Part shown: in pieces, positions 1 through 20,588 of the stretch
How the letters are laid out: each line of letters opens with the position of its first letter
Position numbering within the stretch: position 1 is the stretch's first letter
Origin: Bigelowiella natans CCMP2755
Lineage: Eukaryota > Protista > Cercozoa
DNA: 64,000 bases
Direction: 5' to 3'
Assembly: GCA_000320545.1 (NCBI GenBank)
Contig: ADNK01000313.1
Span: 186,001-250,000 of the forward strand
Translations under genes and position numbers: made by a program
Notes under the pieces: generated by a model
Databases searched by the model: none
What the model was told of the DNA's origin: nothing
Seen by the model: the letters and a program-made list of their open reading frames with translations, nothing else

Positions 1-6764
<6,764 letters not shown>

Positions 6765-7781
6765 TTTCAGTAGTTTCTTCTCTGACAGATAGATACATCG
6801 AGATATATGGCTGTTTGTTCAGATTTTTTCATTATGTTTTAGATTCGAAGTTGGGATATGTTTGTATAGATGGAAGAGACACTGGAATATGAAAGTTTCG
6901 TCGCGTCAATTTTATAAAAGTATTACTTTCTTGGAGGGGGGTAACTACACGGCCTTTCGACTTAAGATCAATTTTAGCCGTAAATGTCCCCTTAGAGCGA
7001 GTACTTTTAGACATAGTATGTATTGATTATACGATGACGACATCATTCGAATTACTTATTCTGAATTTTTTGGTGCTCATTTTCGCTGAATGCAACGCGC
7101 CTTGATCTTATCTCGGTCAATTGACCAACAATTTGATCAAGAATCATTCCTGTCTATCTACGTTCGATATCCAGATATGTATCATGTCGTAATATTCTAT
7201 CTTCCTACATTTATCCTAAAAAAGCGATCTATGGTCGCGTGCCAGAGGGAGACGTATCCGGCCAAGAAGATGTGGCAGGCGGAAATCCATCGCAAACTTC
7301 CCATTCGATTGTCGCTCGGTGAAAAGCTTGGTATCAGGAAACCCTTGAGCTCTGGTGGCTAGATCTACGCATTATTATTTGCGACATCCTGGACACGTCA
7401 TTTCATAATAAAAATAACATCCGAAATTCATGGAAATCATTCTGAAAAAAATCAATTCATTTTCGCGCATATTAGGTTTCCGCATGATTTTAGCGCCTGA
7501 AACGGAACGGTAGTGGGCTTTGAGCTTTCTTTTTAGGTTTGTCCTTCGACTTGCATGTAAGACATGAAATGAAGTATGTCGTTTGGATCATAAGTCGCCT
7601 TCAAGGTACACCATTAAGTATCAGAAAATCGAAGTCTATCTTGGTAGCAGGGGGGGCGAAGGGAGAAGAGTGCAGCAGCCTGTGGGACAAGTCTTTGTAT
7701 CCTATACATCATTATGTGACTGATTTATTGTACTTACAAACACATTTTGCAGGGTACTTGTAGTTCGAAGATCTAGGTACA

Positions 7782-8079
7782 ATGGGTGTGTGCAGCTCTA
7801 CACCTGAGGAACCTAATGACATGGAGGCTGGCAACAGTAAAAGGGATCAAAAGGAGCTCGATTTGATTCTCAACAACATCCCTCTTCTGAGTAATAATTG
7901 ATTTTTTTCCTTTGCACGTGCGCATAGCGAGTATGCACAACAAAATGCGCGCGCACTGTTCACAACAGTTAATCAACTCGATAAATTTCCAAATTTAGTG
8001 ATTAGTTTCATTTCAGAACGAATGAAGAGGGAAGATCGAACACGTGTTGCAAGGGCGCTTTTAGAAGAACAGTACATAC

Positions 8080-8158
<79 letters not shown>

Positions 8159-8548
8159 ATGTATGCTCGTCACATATAGATTGTATTTCAGTTTAATTAA
8201 ATTCAATCTTGCTCTTCCACCATATTTTAAAGATTTGCAGACAAGCAAGATATTATAACGCAAGGAGACGATGGCGACAAATTCTACATTATTAAATCGG
8301 TATCATCAGACCTTTCTTTCCTAACGGGCTGTAACCACGATTATCCCAGCAGCACGTTAACAACTTCAAATGATATTCAGGGCAAAGCTGAGGTTTTAGT
8401 TGGCGGTAACCTCGTAGGAAAGCTTTCTGAAGGAGAATTTTTCGGTAATTATGTACAAGAAAAACCTTGCATGTACATGAACTCTTACATCTTCACAAAA
8501 TGCGATCTCACACGTGTTGCAAGGGCGTTTTAGAAGAACAGTACAGAC

Positions 8549-8625
<77 letters not shown>

Positions 8626-10902
8626 CATCTTCAGGAGAGCAGGCTCTGCGCAATCGTAACAGCAAAAGAAACGCGACCATCCGCGCGAACGGAAAAGTGG
8701 AAGTAATTCTCTTTCATGCGAATTTCAAAATGATTACATGGACTGCATATGATTCCCTCCTGTCGGATTTTTGTCAATGATTCATTCACAGCAAAAAATA
8801 ATCCTTACATAAAATTCTTTTACTCACCACTTAGTGTTACACCCTCTCTCACAAAGCTTTCCACCAATTGTTCGATAAAGAAGCAATGTTAAGGCTTTTT
8901 CCGAAGCGCCAGGTCACCATAATCGTGCTCATGAAGCCTTTTCCACCGTAATGTATTGGCTGGCAGAAATTAGAATGATTAAGATATGCATTAGAGGAGT
9001 AGCTTTAAAATAACTAGATACCATACGGAAGCCTCAGTTTTGACTCCCTACTAAAGCAGCCTGTTACTACCCTACCAACTCAATATACTAGGCTGTAATG
9101 GGGATCTCTGGAAAAGATGCCAAGAATCACATTATCGAAAAGCCTGCCAATGCCAGTACCGAGAAGACTGAAAAGGATCAAGCGATGATAAGAAATGCGC
9201 TGCAGAGCAATCCATTGATGAAAACTATTTTAGGAGAAGATCAGGTCAATAGAACGAAAATAACCAATTCAGAAAAGAGTATTTGGGAGAAGCTCCAGCA
9301 CCATAAATACACCCGGAAAGCTAGATCACAAATGTCAACTTGCACTGTGTTTTACGTTGCACCAGTGACGACATTCATTAGTCGAATGAATAACGGACTG
9401 TTCTTTTCCCACAAGGTAAACATGATCATAGACGAGATGTGGAAGATGAGCCTTCCAAAAGGAAAGGATGTTATCAAAGAAGGAGCGAAGGGGGACAATT
9501 TCTACATAATTATCTCTGGAAAAATGGGGATATATAGGTATCCAAATCACTCCCACCACCAAACCGTAAAAAATGTGGTGTTTCATTACTCTCGTGTCAG
9601 AATTAATTTGTTCTGTTTCAATACACTAACATTACTTAAGGGAGGGTCAAAAAGGCAAGGTGGCAGAGCGTGGACCCGGGCAAAGTTTCGGAGAGATCGC
9701 GTTAATGTACAATTGTGCCCGAAAAGCAACGGTCAGATGTGAGGAAGATGTGAAGCTCTGGGCCATCGATCGGTATGATTGAGTCGTGGGTTATATATAT
9801 GGGGTTAAGGGCGAAACGAATTTTGTTAAATAAAACAGCAGCTTACATACCAATTGGATAGACCACCATGCTGCTGCATAGTTGAATTCGTTTCCTCCAC
9901 GACAGATACACCTTCAAGCGAATTTCTACCAATGCAAGTGCGTCTACTCTAGAGGAATACGAAAAGTTTTTGTCAAAAGTTAACGGATTTGATCAGTTGA
10001 CGAAATTCGAACGATCTCGTATCGCCGAGGCATTAGAGGAAATTAAGTTCTCCCCGGGTGATGTAATCATAAGAGAAGGGGATAACGGCGATTCGTTCTT
10101 CATCTTAAAACGCGGCCATGTTGTCGTCTCAAAGTTAATAGAGGGGAAATCGAAGCAAGTGATGGAGTACAGGTATTCATATTGTACTTCCTCCTCCTAC
10201 CTATCTTAGGATTACTCAAGAGTTAAATGCGTGTATGTTTCTGCTAGTAGTGGTGTGAGCATCTTGTTAAAATGTTGAAGTTGTTGGAGTCTTAGTCGCC
10301 GAATTTCGTTGCAGCAAACCTGGGGATTACTTCGGTGAACGTGCTATTTTGAAGGATGAACAGCGTGCGGCTACTTGCACGACGACGAAAGTCACAACTT
10401 GTCTTATGCTAAAACGTGATGTCTTTGAGCTCCTTTTGGGGCCTTTAAGAGAACTGATGGAGAGGACAGGCGACAAGAAGTAAGTGAGCAACAAACCATT
10501 GGACAGTATTAGAATATGTATCACTTATTTTATCCCAATAATAAGTCTCATCACCACCAACTGCCTGCCCACCACAGGTACAGCTTAGCTGATAAAAAGG
10601 GTTTGAATGAAGAGGACGGTGCAGCAGTGCGCACTCATTATAATGGCACGAAGGATTTCGAAACAATTGGCGTTTTAGGAAAGGGGTAAAGCACTAAAAG
10701 AAGAGAAACTAGTGCCAAGTCACACTTAAATCTTTGAAACAATTAGTTTATAGCAAGAATAAGGTTTTTTTTTTCTAGATGGTATAAAAGAAATATGTCA
10801 TTATGGACTGCATCCACAAATAGTGAATGTAAATTAATGAACTCGCATCTGAGACAACATACATATTTATTGTATATTAAACACATGCAAAAGATTAATG
10901 GG

Positions 10903-10947
<45 letters not shown>

Positions 10948-11894
10948 TTGTGTGTGTGATTGTGCGCTCTCGATTTATGTCTGAACGAAGCTCATTTGGA
11001 TCGGTGAAGCTTGTAAAAGGTGCACGTAATTACATTTTTTTTCATGTTTCATGTCTGGGGTCCATATAGCGATGTTGAAGACATGGCTGACAACTTAACT
11101 ACCATAACAGTTTTTTTTAAAGCAAAGTCGACCCATATTTGCGGCGTCTTAAAGATTGTCTTGAAGCCTATATCACTTTGTATATTCTCCCTTTCTACTA
11201 CTTAGCGAACGACACAATGTACGCCTTAAAGGCTGTTGGAAAGGACCGAGTCGAAACCTTGGGCCAGCAAGAGCACATCATGAACGAAAGGAATGTTATG
11301 CTACGAATCCACCACCCTTTCATTGTGGTTCTATACCAGACATTCCAGGACCAAAATTATCTTTACTTCTTACTGGAGCCTTCGCTCGGAGGTGCGTGCA
11401 TGCACGGAGCTTGTGAATTTATTTTCCATTTTGTGCATCGTGACCCTGTATACCACTCCGTCATCAGACAACTGTACTGACGATCGCTTAATTTTACAGG
11501 AGAATTATTCTCAGTGTTGCGGGAGAAGACCTACTTTAATCATGAAGAAGCACGCTTCTTTGCTGCTTCCGTCGTCTCCGTTTTCGAGTATAGCTAAGCA
11601 ACCCAACACACCCACACAGCAATCAAAAGAGTAGTACTCTGTGGTTGGAAATTATTCCCAGACGCACAACACTATCTGACTGGCGCTGACATAAATAATT
11701 CTCCGATTGATTTGTTGTTCAGATATTTGCATAGCAAAGATATCATTTACCGTGACTTAAAGCCTGAAAATCTACTTCTCGACGAACGGGGATACCTTAA
11801 AGTTACTGATTTCGGTTTCGCAAAGGAAGTCAAGGATCGCACGTGGACTCTGTGCGGTATGCCTTACTTCCATCCTCCTCTTCCCCCCCCACCC

Positions 11895-11934
<40 letters not shown>

Positions 11935-12451
11935 TTCTCGCCCGCCCTCTCTTTGTGCGTGTGCGTTTTTGTGTGTTACACTTCAAAATGGCATCGGATG
12001 ATGTGAAAATAGACGAAGTGCATCAATATTAAATGAAAATTCATTGCTGTAGTAATGACTTTGAGTTCAGATTAATAATTTATTCATAGGGACTCCTGAC
12101 TATCTTGCGCCTGAGATTATCTCTTCACGATCGCATGGCAAAGGCGTCGATTGGTGGACTCTTGGGATCCTAATTTATGAGATGCTGTTTTCTTATCCTC
12201 CATTCTATGATCAAGATCCCATGAAAGTGTATGCTAAGATTATGCTTGCCAAGCTCAAATTCCCGAAGGGCTTTGACGAAGACGCAAAATCACTGATCTG
12301 TGAGCTTCTAAAACCAAAACCGTCATCAAGGCTAGGAGTTACTGCTGGTGGAGCATCAAAAGTAAAATTTTCTTAATTTAGAACTACATATCCTTTAGTT
12401 CCTTATTTTGGGAATGAAATTATGATTTCCAAAATGGAACAACCAGAGCAC

Positions 12452-12489
<38 letters not shown>

Positions 12490-12698
12490 CAATGTGTCAT
12501 ACCTAGGTGAAGGCCCATCCATGGTTCAAGCCAATGTCCTTTGAGGATCTATTGGCCCGTAAGATTGATGCACCTATAGTGCAAAAGGTTGACGAGGCTG
12601 ATCCGCTCTTTCATTTTGAAGAGTATGGGGACTTTTCTGACTCAGAAACATACAATGGCGACAATTCGGATTTTAAGAATTTCAATTCTTCTTCGTAA
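7782..12698 (+). CDS. Cyclic nucleotide-dependent protein kinase (PKG-like architecture): N-acylation motif, three CNB domains, AGC kinase domain; ~17 exons
   Basis: Starts MGVCSS (myristoylation/palmitoylation type). CNB cassettes [27 protein letters not shown] and [17 protein letters not shown]. Kinase motifs [47 protein letters not shown] and an AGC tail. Stop TAA at 12696-12698. Confidence 0.93.
8510..8589 (+). repeat. Intronic duplicate of the 3' end of kinase exon 2 plus donor site plus (CA)n (source 8040-8118)
   Basis: acacgtgttgcaagggcg(c)ttttagaagaacagtaca(t/g)acctacacac...cacattat occurs at both sites; the copy has a 1-nt deletion. Confidence 0.9.
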
Positions 12699-13498
12699 CT
12701 CCATTGTCAACAAGCTAGCAAGTGTAACGGACATGGATGACCAGCCAACGGTTCGCCGCCATTACTAGATTAAAAAATCCATAGTGGACTTGCAACTGGA
12801 CAACATCTCATCATAATGACGACACGACTAGGCGGCATCTGCCATGCACATATGAATGCATGCAGTTCAACGTCACACGTACCACTAGACTAGCACAATC
12901 ATGTCGTAGCATATTGATATTGTTGCATGGATGCGATGCCTCATGGAGCATGCTAGCATGTCCTAGTGTCTAGATGTGCCATGCAGATCCAATCTAGACA
13001 ATCTAGCAATGCATGCACATGACATCTAGACTAGTAGATGCAATCGCAACGATCGATGTGTGTTCTATGGTGTGAGCAGCCTCCAATGTAATGATGCATC
13101 GCAGCCGCTGTGCTAGCGACATGCAGTTCAAATTTTCGATGGCTGCAGCATTCATTCATGTGTGTAACACAATCAATCTAGTTAGCTACATAGCAATGCT
13201 ATAGATGCATATCGCATGTTGCTAGTGACTAGTACATGAACACATGTGTGTATCATCACCCTTGTGCGGTTGGCTATACATCAGCAGCATTCATGTGTAC
13301 ATACGATGTACACATATGCCAAGTACACATGCCAACATCTAGACGTGCTCGTCTGATTTCGGCATGCGCGAGCAACAAGATTTCAAGAAATCGTAAAGTC
13401 ATATTTTGATCCAAGTTTTTATTCTCAGTTGTTTTATTGGAAAATAACAAGCATTGTTCAATATCACTCTTCATTATTGGTTAACATTGGCGTACTCT

Positions 13499-14452
13499 TC
13501 ACAAATCATCGTCCTCGTCGTCTTCATCCTCATCCTCATCCTCGTCCGTATCGTCGCCACCCACTTTAAATAAAAATAGAATAAGTAAAAGCCTTCAACA
13601 CAACCATATAATGTAATCATATAATGTCTAAGCACTGGAACTCAGATGCTGAATAAATTTCCCATCTAATATTACAAATATTACTGAAGTAGTCATCATC
13701 GTCGCTGCTGCTTTCGTCATCATCTTGAGCAGGACAGACATTGAAGATTTCCTTCAACCTGTAATATTTATTTAAACCATATTCACATTTTAACATATTA
13801 TGCATACATACTTTAAAAAGTCACACGAACATAATGTGTACATGTGAATATACACGATGTACACATGCCATGTAATAATCATGTAATACTCAAAATCTCG
13901 AATACATATTCGTGTGTGTTTACTTTATGAGTTTTACTCTGTGCCCTTTCTTCACTCCTGCTTTTGTGAGAATTTCCTCAAACTTATCCTTATCAAGCTG
14001 TTGTGTTATGTGCGTATCACAGCTCACAATCACAAATACTAAAGAGACAATATGCACCCGAAGACGTACAGTACCTTCAAAAGATCTTTCGCTGTTTTCA
14101 ATCTTGGATTGTTCTCTTTTATACTCTTTGTGTATGACTCATAATTTGATATCCGGAGTAAACGAAGAACATCCTCGATGTTTCCGAACTAATAATTAAC
14201 AACAAACACGAAACTTATCTCAGCATTTAACGGTTGAGAATTGGGAAGACTATAGGTGGTCAACAATTATGACGATGAGGATCAATGGTGATGAAGATAA
14301 TGATGTTGATGTTATACCACCTGCTCACTAGCATCACTATCTTCACTATAATCTTTGGTTTTGCTAAAGTTGATCAGGAACGTTCTCAGCGAGAGTGATA
14401 CTTTCGAATCTGCACAGGAATAAGAAGAGCATGAAGATGGAGCCTTTGACAT
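13499..14452 (-). CDS. Small (~150 aa) SAM-domain protein with acidic C-terminal tail; 5 exons, mostly absent from the ORF track
   Basis: All junctions are in frame: MSKAPSS...DASEQ|FGNIEDVLRLLRISNYESYTKSIKENNPRLKTAKDLLK|LDKDKFEEILTKAGVKKGHRVKLIK|LKEIF..DDDESSSDDDDYF|MGGDDTDEDEDEDEDDEDDDL*. GVKKGHRVKL matches the SAM helix-5 signature. Confidence 0.75.
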
Positions 14453-15148
14453 GAGAATATAACAATGGTCGATCTTAAGTTACGGAAATACCACAGGATA
14501 GGGACATGATGGATTGAATTAAAGCGAAAACTCTAGACGTCGATTGTTTTAACAGGGTTTAGCCCTCACGAGAGTGAATGGGATATGGAGTTGAGCAAGG
14601 GCCGGACAAAGAAGCAAATTATTGTCCCAATTATTACGATATAAGTCGGATTTTCCACATGCGACATCATTTATATGTTGACGCAAAGAAATAACAGCAA
14701 TCCATTTCGAATCCCAGTCTTTGTCCCGGAAGGTTCTTTGACAAAGCGCAGAAGGAAAGTATCTCCCGTTCTTCCCAGAAATTTCTCATGGAATCCGTGC
14801 TGTTCGGTTGTTGTTGTTTTGTTTGTTGTTGTTGTTGTTGTTGTTTGCTGCTGTTGTTGTTTGCTGCTGTTGTTGTTGCATCACAAAAAACCCTAACTTT
14901 TTGTCTTTAACTAGCAGTAAGTAGTGCAGTGGGTGGACCAAAACCTATCACCGGCTGATTAGATAAAAATTAATACCACTTATATCGTATACTATTTATG
15001 ATGACCACTACTTCCTACACACTTTTCTGCACACACCTTCTCTGGAAGAGACGAGGGAGGAACGGCGCTGCTGCTGCTGCTGCTGCTGCTGGGACTCTTG
15101 CAAGTGCAAGGGCAAGGAGGGGCGGCTTGGGATGTGTCTGCACGTAAC

Positions 15149-17223
15149 ATGCAAATGTTGTTGAAAACTTCCACCGTCGTTGCTGCGAGCATTGTGGCAG
15201 CAATCGCAGTATTCATATTATCCATAGACTCTCCCAGGTGTGTGTGAACTCTTTCCTGTATTATTCGTACATCGATTTCTTCAATTCTGCAGTAAATTCA
15301 ACAACTTTATGTCGGTACTACTTAACACAGCAGGTTCTTAGTCCCGTTATCGCTATCGCCATCCCACTCGATAGGAAAGGACGCTGTGTTGTCGGTGCCT
15401 CATGTACGAAAACAACTTTCTAGAGTCATTTCCGATGAGTTTCCTAGACAGCCTGTTGGGGAATAGTCGGTTACGCAGCTATTGAGTATAGCTACATCAC
15501 ATGTCTAAAGTGCGACACAGCACATAACCTTGTTATTTTTACGAACGTTGGTTCTCACTAGCTGCACCCGTTGTCTGTCTGTCTATCTATCTTCTTCTTC
15601 ATCTTCATCTTAGAATCGTGGTCTTCCCTCCTGGAAGAAAATGGCAGATAAGTTGCTAGAAGAAGAAAGAAAGGAAATGGATGAAGACGAAGACACAAAC
15701 TCCGACGAAGGGAGCGTGGTATTTTGACGTTCGCATAAATCAGAATCAGAGAGCTGTTATCGTCCCCTCCTCCCTTTTCCGTAAAATGTGTTCCAATCAC
15801 TCTGTAGTAGTGATGGTACACAGCATTGATGTGGAGCAAAGTGTAATCTGAAAATACATTTCTGTCAACATTTATACCTATTCCGACGGTAGGTTGGTAG
15901 CTCGGAGTTCATTGCGACTGACGAAGAGCTGGTAACGATTCTTTCGAATAAATAGTTAGCATGCCGGGTAATGAGGCCTGATTTACAGGGTCATGTATCA
16001 TCTGATAACTATACCTATAATATGGCAATAGGCTGAACGAAAACGAATTGTTGTTGAGGAAAGAAGAAAGATCAATCGCAAGCACGTTATTGGAGATGCG
16101 GTTAGTTTAATAGCATCCTACTAAACACAGTACATTCTCATTCGGGAATAGTCTGTAAAAAGGAGGAGGGGAAAGGGAGAGGAGTGGGAAAAGTTATCTT
16201 TATTTCTTATAAATCTCTAGGATACCTTATATTTGAGATTGTTGTAGGGTAAGTCTTATGTGTGTTTGTGGAGCGATCCCGCCTTGACTCCTCTTTGCTG
16301 TTTTATTGGTCGATAATGTGGCAGCTTCGTAGCGTGCAAAGCAGGTCATAGTAATCGTCGATTTAGAACATTGGAATGCTATACACACTTCGGCCATAGC
16401 GCATTCCAAAAAGCTTCTTCGTTAAGTTCTGTTGGTTTCCCCAGCATCCCCTTTTCCCGAATTCCATCTCTGCTGTTGTCCTTCCTCTTCTAATGCGTTT
16501 TTATTCTACACAGATTTTTGATCGAGGAAGGGACCGGTAGTATTAAAGAGTATGTACGTGATGTCTTTAGTCCTCACATCATGGGTCTCCCTGCTGCCGT
16601 CTTCGAGGAGGGAAACAACGTGGCTAAACAAGAAGGTGATGATGATGATGATGATGATGATGGGGAGAGGAGTAGAGATGTTACTTGCACGCAGTAAGGG
16701 GTCAATGTAAATGACATCAGAGTAAAACTCTCTAGGGTTCACCGAGGGCGAAATGATGAGATGCCTGATTCTTTTAATGCGTTCTTGGTGCGACCGATGC
16801 CACTCCTCCTCCCATCATTTGCTTCAATACTTAAACGGTGTTGTTGTTTTCGATCATCATCATCATTATCATCATCATCATCATCATCATCTTCTTCTTC
16901 ACTGATAGAGCTGCCACACCACCACCCAGAATCCGGCTGTTTTCAGCCTACTGAATATCGAGAGGAGGAGCTCGGCGTTTATCACTACAAGCAAGGTGGC
17001 TATCACCCGGATGTTTACTATCGAAATGTTCGCAAAGATAGGAGGGGGACAAGGAGAAGGAAGAAGAGGGGCAATAATGCCCATAAAGCCAGGATAAAGG
17101 TCAGATATGAGCACGTTGGCAATGTTAATCATACTGCAACCTATATATATCTGATGTTGTTTAATAGCAAACAACGTCTATCATCGTTATCATCACTTGA
17201 TGGTGGTGGGGAAATATACATGC

Positions 17224-17263
<40 letters not shown>

Positions 17264-17520
17264 GGCCCTACTTGTTTCATCGATAGATTGAGACGATAGT
17301 AGTTGCAACCAACGTTCAATGAAGACGGCACTTCACTCGGCAATATTGTTCTTATTTTTGTATTGTGTTGTATTGTATTGTATTGTATTGATGGTATTAC
17401 TCAGGAAATAGCATCCTCATCGGAGTCAACCTCTGAGCACTCCCAACGAAGGTAGGTAGGTAGGAAAGTGGGTATTACTACTACGTGGAGTATTTCAAAT
17501 GGTATCTCAATTCAACATAG

Positions 17521-17567
<47 letters not shown>

Positions 17568-19937
17568 GGAAAGAGGAAAAGACGCACTGTGTGTACATGT
17601 GAAAGTTTGATGGTTGATGTATGTGTTGATTGGTATTGAGAATAGTCTGGAAGCAATGGAGGCCGAGAAAGAATTCGGTTACTTGCTACTGGCATTACAT
17701 ATATCACCCCACCATTCGTCATCATATAGAATAGTATATGGTGTTTTAATCATATGTATTTCCCAAGCAAAATAGAGACTCAATAGGCCTTATTTCTTCT
17801 TTTCCCTCTTCTTCATCGTCATTATCAAGAGCACATAGTGGGGATATTTGTGGAAGTGTTGATATTACAAATTCAATATTTTAATACCTTTTGAGTGGTT
17901 CCCTCCATTTGATGTAGAGAGTAGTATATATAGCATAAATACGATTAAGCATAGAACTGTTACGACATTACAGGTGCAGATTTGATGATGGAGAAGTACC
18001 GAAAGATTATCAAAAGGTTGCCGTTGTATGTGCAACGTCCAGAAGAGGAAGACACCTCAAAATATATAAATGATTCGTTTTCATCGTGTTCATTCCAGGC
18101 GTTGTATTCGGGAGCGCTCGGCACAATTTCGAAGGAAGTGCGTACATATGAGTAGTGCGACAGACAAGCAGCGCATAGTTGTGCTGTAATTATTTCAAAT
18201 AATGTGTGCATACAATACGCGTCTCTGTTGTAGTAATATATTATTGTCTAGGCTAAGAGGGTGGAAGATGGGAATGGGGAGAGAATGACGGGGAAATAGT
18301 TGCCAATACCTGTGGCTACGTCATCATCAGATTCCGAGAAGATCTCGAGAATGAGAAATACAGAGATTTGGACAACAAGGGGGACTCGAAAACAAACATG
18401 TGAGACAAACAAATCGTTGTTGTTGATGATGGGGATGGCGATGATACATTTATTCACAATGGTATGACGAAGGTGAGCAATGGCGGTGAGTCGTTGATGC
18501 ATACATACTTATTACACCAGCATCTTTGTAGTTGTCGTTACATCAATCTTCACCATGTCATTTGTTGTTTGGCAATTGGCAATGATGATAAGGATGATGA
18601 TGATGATGATGATGATAAGGTACCCTAGCTTGTCTGATTGGGCAATGGATATGCTTAAAGCGTTGAAAAGAGGTAATAATATTGATTTCTGGTAGAGGAT
18701 TTTGATCAACATCTGTATTGCTCATAGCAGCTCATATCATCATCCCCCCATATCTTACCATCTTTATTATTATTATTATTAATATTATTATTATTATTAC
18801 AATTGTTATTATTATTATTTATTATCGTTATCATTATCATCACATCTATTTTCATCTACAGGAGATTGCAGAGCGAAAGTCGCCGCATGCCGGCTTATAT
18901 GCAATGAGGCCGATATGTAAGGAAGTGTGATGATGTACGTTGGAACGATTCATTGAAGCTATAATTTGTTCATATATTTCCAGACAATTAAAACGATTTG
19001 GAGACGCTACTGCGCCAAAGCTCGTGATTCGACTAAATGTAATGATGCTTACGCACATACGACAGCAATCACTACGCAACATTGCTATCGATTTTGTTTC
19101 AATTAAATTCACAATGAGACCTAGTTGTTTTCGTAATGATGAGTAGTGTTTAATCAGTCAGGGGTTGAGCTAACAATCTCCCTCTCCACTTTCCATACAG
19201 AACCTGCTATCAACGATGAGCGAATCTGAAGGTTTGCTGAGGCAAATTGAGCACGCTGGTAATCTCTTATCACATCGCCATCGTCATCACCATTGTTGTT
19301 ACTATTATCCTCAGCATTAAACGTACTCTTTCGCATTCGAATCAGCTATTATGAGTTGTTTGTCCTTCTTCTTGCCACGTGCTGCTGTTTGTCTATATAG
19401 ATCGTTCGTACATCTTAAAGCATTTTGTCGAGGATGATCCTGCTGCAGTATCTGCCAAACTGCTGCGCGATAGATTTGGATTTGGGGAGGGACTACTCCC
19501 CTTCAAAAATAGGTCGTCGTCATTAGCGATCGATGGCGGTATTTTCGGTGATGAGGGTGATGCAAATAGTATGAATGGTAAATAACAATCAACAGGAATG
19601 CTGCTACTACTTGCTATTTACTAGCGCATTGACATGGAAGAAGAGAGAATTGTTTCACCGGTTGCATGATAGATTGTGGTAGTAGTGCCAGGATTAGCAT
19701 TAGGGTGATGATGATGATGATGATGATGGATGATGGTGCTTATTTGACGATGGTGATCATGGTTAGTAGGCTATTGTCATGTAGTAGTTGCGGTCGTCAT
19801 ATATACTTGTTACTCATGTGTTGCCGCAGTAGCACGAAATATGCGAAGAAGTACGTTGAAAACGCTTCGCTAAGAGATCTTAGAAATTGGTGTATACATT
19901 CACGGTAATACCTGGATGGCATGAGGATGCTTTTAGA

Positions 19938-19975
<38 letters not shown>

Positions 19976-20588
19976 ACACATACACACGTAGATGTTAATA
20001 ATAATAGTAATGATGATAATAATCATAATGATATCGATAACCAATATGTGATATTAGATGCAAGCATCAATATTACGTGAGAAAAGATTTTCATTTATGT
20101 TAACACTGTTGTCTCACATATGAATATATCGTACCATCTCATCTCTTCCATACTCATTTCTGTTGATTTCTTCTCCTCCTTTCTCTTTCCCACCCCTCGA
20201 TAATCCAATACGCGGTAATCCCTGTAGGATCAAGCCATTCTGGAACGAAGCGGAGCAGCTACTACATGGACTCATGGAATTTCGTGGGTTCTCATTCAAC
20301 CACCAGCAGCAACATCTTTCTCAGCAGTCACCTGAGTTAAACAAGATTGTCGGTGATGGAATCACTCGCTCTCCCGATAGTCGCTTCAGCCAAGTCAAGG
20401 ATGACATTGGATACCATTTGGAGGAGAGGGGCGGCGGCGATAATCGCTATGAGATGATTGTGCAAAGAATCTTAAACTACGTTCCAAGCTACGCAGACGT
20501 GTCAAAAGAAATGACAGCGAGAGAGAAAGCCGGTGCCGATTGGCATCAAATTCCGCCATACAGACGCATTCAAGATATTGACGAATGA
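15149..20588 (+). CDS. Hypothetical multi-exon protein with predicted N-terminal signal peptide; internal frame not fully resolved
   Basis: MQMLLKTSTVVAASIVAAIAVFILSIDSP is followed by many GT-AG-bounded exons (e.g. near 15334, 15613, 15893, 16032, 16898, 19401, 19830, 20229), ending ...PPYRRIQDIDE*. Some middle exons leave in-frame stops in my model. Confidence 0.5.

Noticed and set aside
16899-17174. Minus-strand membrane-protein-like ORF
   Set aside because: Splice signals in this region point to the plus strand.
16220-18470. Non-standard genetic code or selenocysteine explaining in-frame stops
   Set aside because: TAA, TAG and TGA all terminate confident genes here, conserved genes have no internal stops, and no SECIS was recognised.
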